From Peribolospora baueri (lineage: Eukaryota), in contig JAMDHS010000051.1 in the NCBI GenBank assembly GCA_029717555.1, forward strand, positions 124,001 through 161,639: DNA of 37,639 nt. The letters run 5' to 3'. The translations under genes and the position numbers were made by a program. Each line of letters opens with the position of its first letter. The stretch's first letter is position 1. The notes beneath the pieces were generated by a model, which saw only the letters and a list, made by a program, of their open reading frames with translations, had not been told where the DNA came from and searched no databases. This document shows, piece by piece, positions 33,741 through 37,639 of this stretch.

Positions 33741-34580
33741 CGACGACGGGCTGGACAGGATGGGACCTCCGACCATTATCGCTTGTCCTCGTGCTCTCAC
33801 GCCGCTTCCATTTCTCATTTCTTCGTTCCCCTTCCCCCCTTTTTCCCTTCTTTCGTCGATCATGGAGCAGTGCTGGGGTCGTACAATGTGGACGCTTGCG
33901 CGACTCATCCACCACCCCGTCTTCACTGGCGACCATGCTGACGGCGGCCGCCGTTGGGTTTCCCGCTCGTTCGTGTATTTCTAGAACTCTTCGCTCTTCA
34001 TCTTTCCTTTTCTATTCGCCGTCTTCTCCCAACTAGCGCTGACAGCTTCGGCGTCGTGCCGTCATATCACCATCTCAATATCTGTGCTCCATTCGACCTG
34101 ACCCTCGTCCCGATCCCCGGCATTGCTCCCTCCACTCCGTCTCCTCTCACGCCCATCCCCCCTTATTGCCTCCCAGTACACGCCTGCCCTGCCTCCTTTG
34201 CCCGGCCCCGCATGGTCGTGCCGTACCCATGCCCGTGCCCACGTCGTGTCTCCATCCATCCGTCCCTCCTCGTCTAGTCTTTCCGTGCCGTCTCGCCTCA
34301 TCACTCCCCCCCCGGTCACTTTGACCTGCCTCAATGACATTGTGCCCATGCTTTTTTTTCTTTTGTTCACAATTCGTTTCAGTCACGAGCAAGCGAGCTT
34401 GAATGGTTTCGCGTGGCCTCTCCGTACAAATCGCCGCCGGCAACAAGAACAGACGGAAGTGGGAAGGGGGCAAGAAGGGGGGGGGGGGGGTAGGCACGGG
34501 TGCGCTTGAACGAGGGCGAAGACTGAAGCGACGTTACGAGGCAGGACAGCATTTGTCTTCATGAGTGTCACCCTTCTCCC

Positions 34581-36276
34581 TCATGGCAAGCCCTTCCCCG
34601 AGTTGATAGCATCCGCGACCTGACTGGTGTTGGGCCTGTTCTCGGCGTACCTCGCGTACGAGTCGAGATATAAGTCCTCGGTGGAGCAGGTGGCCTGGAA
34701 CGCCGGGTGGGCGAGCACGGCGTCGTGCCAGCGCTTGTACCTCGAGCCGCGTTCGTTCAAGGCTGGGAGGGAGAAGGAGCGGTAGTGGACGAGGACGTTG
34801 GTGGAGCGGAACGCCCAAGGGGCGAGGGATAGGTCGACGACGCTGAAAAAAAAAAAAGGATGGGGGAGCAAAGGATGAGGGCGGTGTCCTGTCCGAGGGC
34901 GGAGAAAGTGCACAGCAAACGACTTGACCGGGCTGGCAGTGTCCATCGTCACCCCACGGGGACTCGTGCCACACAAAGCACGTATCCCAGGCATACCTCT
35001 CCAAACCGCCGATACGGCCCCAGCACGATCCCACTGAGATACCACTCACCCTAGCTCCTTGCCAGCGAAGAAAGGCCCATTGGGGTCCATATCTTTCGTG
35101 AAAGACTCCAGCATGGACAGGTATTCCTTGGCCCCTTCAATTTGCTTTTCCGGCTCCTGCGCCGCGGGTCCGTGCGGGACGACGGAGAGCGAGGCGACGA
35201 GAATAGTGAAAGCGACACCGTTCGTCAGCCTCACCCGCATCTTCACCACGACACGAACTCCGTCAAGCAGGACAGAGACGCACCTGAGCCTGAAGGTACC
35301 TATAGAAAGCAGGTACGATTTTCCGATTGATGTGATCCACAGCGAGCCTCTGCTTGGCTTTCGCGAAAGCGTCTTCGGGAGAGATGAAAAGCGAGGGGTG
35401 CTCCTTCGAGGGCGAAAGGACGTCCTGAATATACTCCACTATCACCTGGCGGAAAGAGATTGGACGAGAGGAGGTGACGAGGAGACGAGGGATGTGAGCG
35501 GAACCGACGTCAATGTCGGTGCTCGCCCTGGACCCTTCACGTCCATGGTTTGGTGGCAAGGGTTCTAGCAAGCAAAACAAAGGGAGACCTCACCGAGCTT
35601 TCTCCAAGGCACTTGTTGCCTGGCAAGCGCAGCGCAGGCACGAGGCCACGGGGGTTGACGTCGAGCAACTCTTTCTGTAGGTGAAAAGTCAAGGGGAGAA
35701 AGGCGGTCCAGGTCATCAGGGGGTCGCGCCAAGCCAAGGGAGGATGGGACTGTTGAGATGCACAGGAGAGACACTCACAGGCTTGGCATAAGGGTCCACT
35801 TCGACCTGCTCCATCGCAACGCGACGCAGACGCAGACGCAGGACAGGAAAGGACGACGAGAGAGCGGCATGAAGCGACACCGAAGCGAGAGAACGCAGAG
35901 CGTTGTCACAGCCGTGGGCGACTCACGTAGCGATAGGGCATGTTGCAATACTCGAGCGCCGCCCAGGCGCGCTGAACGAAAGGGCAAAAGCTGAGCGGTT
36001 CCGGGGAGAGAGCAGAGCGGGGCGGGTGCGTTCCATCATCGCTCGCTCGGTTCATCTCCGTCCTGGGGTTGAGGGAGGGGGGGCATATATCCCTGACGGA
36101 CAGACTCACCAAGCGCCGTAGAGAGTCAGGCCTCCCTCCGGTTCTCCCTCGTGTTCCCTCGCCGTGTCCGCCGCTCGCCCCGTAGGCTGGCGGTGGTAGT
36201 CTGCGCCCTTTTTCCCCGGCCCCGGCCCCGTCTTGCCGGCGCCGTCTGGCTTGTTCTTCTCGGTCGCGGCGGGCAT
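34581..36276 (-). CDS. Glutathione S-transferase, Cys-type (omega-like), 7 exons, ~289 aa
   Basis: Exons 36276-36110, 35990-35927, 35805-35779, 35674-35594, 35445-35284, 35156-35050, 34842-34581. Motifs LYGACFCPFVQRAW.ALE, EVDPY.KP.ELL.VNPRGLVPAL, ES.VIVEY, GPFFAG...G.VD..LAPW, YLDSYARYAENRPNTSQVA.AIN.G..LP. Confidence 0.92.
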
Positions 36277-36785
36277 TGGCTCTTTGGAGGAGGAGATGGG
36301 GAGGACGGCGGCTGAATGTAGATTTGCCTGACCTGGGTGGATGGAGGAGCGCGATCCGAGGCGACATTTTGCGCTCGTACTCATTTTCCCGCGTCGGCCC
36401 CCATCGATCAGCAGGCCGCCCTGCAAGCTGACGTCACGTCAAGCGCACGGACCACCCCGCCCCGCCCGCCACCAGCTCCCCAGTCAGTCAGACTAGTCAC
36501 CTGCCTCATCGACGCGCCGCTCAGAGCGCTGGTTCGGCAGATCCCCCTTGCCAGCGTGCGCGCGTTTCTCTCTCCCATTGACCTACTTCCTTCCATAGTA
36601 GCTGTACACGCGTGAGGAGCATAGTCTGGACATAAGATAAAAACAAAAAAAGGTCGACGCACGCGGTTCGTAGAGATCGCTGCTCGCGCGCCGTCGACAG
36701 ACGACGAGGATATACACGGAAAGGCTTCACTTTGTACCCTGCTTCATACGTTCGTGAGCGGGCACGGTTTGTCCTCGTCCTTGTC

Positions 36786-37588
36786 TTAGTCCTTGTCCTT
36801 GTCCTTGGCTTTGGCCTTGGATGCGGACGTGCCGGTGACGGTGGCGGTGGGCGCGAGCGTCGCGGCGTCCAATTCGGCGACGCCGTAGTAGTCGTAGCCG
36901 CTGGTGGACCAGAAGCGAGTGGTCAGGGTGGCCGCGGGTGAAGCCGATTTGGACGGCAGCGACGGCTTGGACTTGCACTTGCACTTGAGCACGTACGGAG
37001 CACCGGTGGTGGACGCCGACGGGGATGTCGCGGAGACATGAGCGGTTACGACTACTTCGTCGCCGGTCGAGCGTGTCTTGACGGTCCCAGAGCCTGCGAA
37101 AAGACCGGGTGCGTAGAAAGAGTCCTCGTCCGCGCTGTCGCTCTCCCACCGATCCGCGTCGTCCCAGCCGTTCGGGCCCGAGACAATGTTGTGGCGACAG
37201 AGAGAGTTGCGTCCGCCTTTGCGACCTCGTTGCCCGGGAACGACGAGTCCGCCGCGTCCCGCCAACGTGGCTCTCGCGACGGCCATCTCCCTCCACGTGA
37301 ACGAGCTGGGCTCGCCCTCCGGAACCGAGGGCCCCATCCAGTTCGACCGACCCCTGCGCCAATGATGCTCCTCCATGCTAGCCTGCGTCCGCTCCGCCGC
37401 CCATCGGTAGTGCGTCCGCCCGAGGACGCGATACAGCTGGTCGTGATCAAAGGCGGTGAGCGACCGGACGTGGAGACCGGCGTCGCCAAGGTTGGAAACG
37501 TGGGTTGCAAAGGCAACGTTGATGACCTGATTGGAGAGCGATCCGGGTATAAGGATGGAGGACGACACCTTTGCGTCTACCTTTTCCG
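36786..37588 (-). CDS. Last exon of an unidentified gene continuing beyond the window
   Basis: A polypyrimidine tract and CAG acceptor (37589-37591), with a GCTTAC branch-like word, precede an open frame EKVDAKVSSSILIPGSLSNQVINVAFATHVSNLG..LHVRSLT ending at TAA 36788-36786. No family recognised. Confidence 0.7.
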
Positions 37589-37639
37589 CTGAGGAGGGGA
37601 AGAGAAGGAAGGGGGAAAGACGTAAGCAATTAAAAAAAA

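Noticed and set aside
2778..36276. Functional gene cluster (heme, ion homeostasis, detoxification, ubiquitin adaptors)
   Set aside because: The genes are unrelated housekeeping-type loci with no backbone enzyme, cluster regulator or shared motif; the co-location looks ordinary.

Overview
Eukaryotic, GC-rich, intron-dense fungal DNA. It is a basidiomycete by splice signals (GTGAGT/GTGCGT donors, CTRAC branch points, introns mostly 85-210 nt); a Pucciniomycotina-like lineage is my guess. I reconstructed ten complete spliced genes by hand, with exon phases summing to whole codons, plus one partial gene: UTP18 (-), HEM3 (+), a DUF1640/FMP32-MCUR1-like gene (+), a FAM72-domain polyQ protein (-), a PA-TM-RING E3 ligase (-), a CLC Cl-/H+ exchanger (+), a BTB protein (+), a DHA1 MFS transporter (+), SAGA Ada1/Hfi1 (+), a Cys-type GST (-) and the last exon of an unknown gene (-). 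No rRNA, tRNA, CRISPR array or intact transposon is recognisable, and I found no multi-gene novel system. The best leads are: (1) the apparently empty 9.3-12.2 kb stretch probably hides three small in-frame 5' exons of the FAM72 gene and a ~2.4 kb microsatellite-rich first intron; (2) a GC-AG intron and several micro-exons; (3) stop-free in-frame introns; (4) an unexplained, possibly degraded coding relic at ~28.85-30.3 kb. All product calls come from motif recognition, not database searches.
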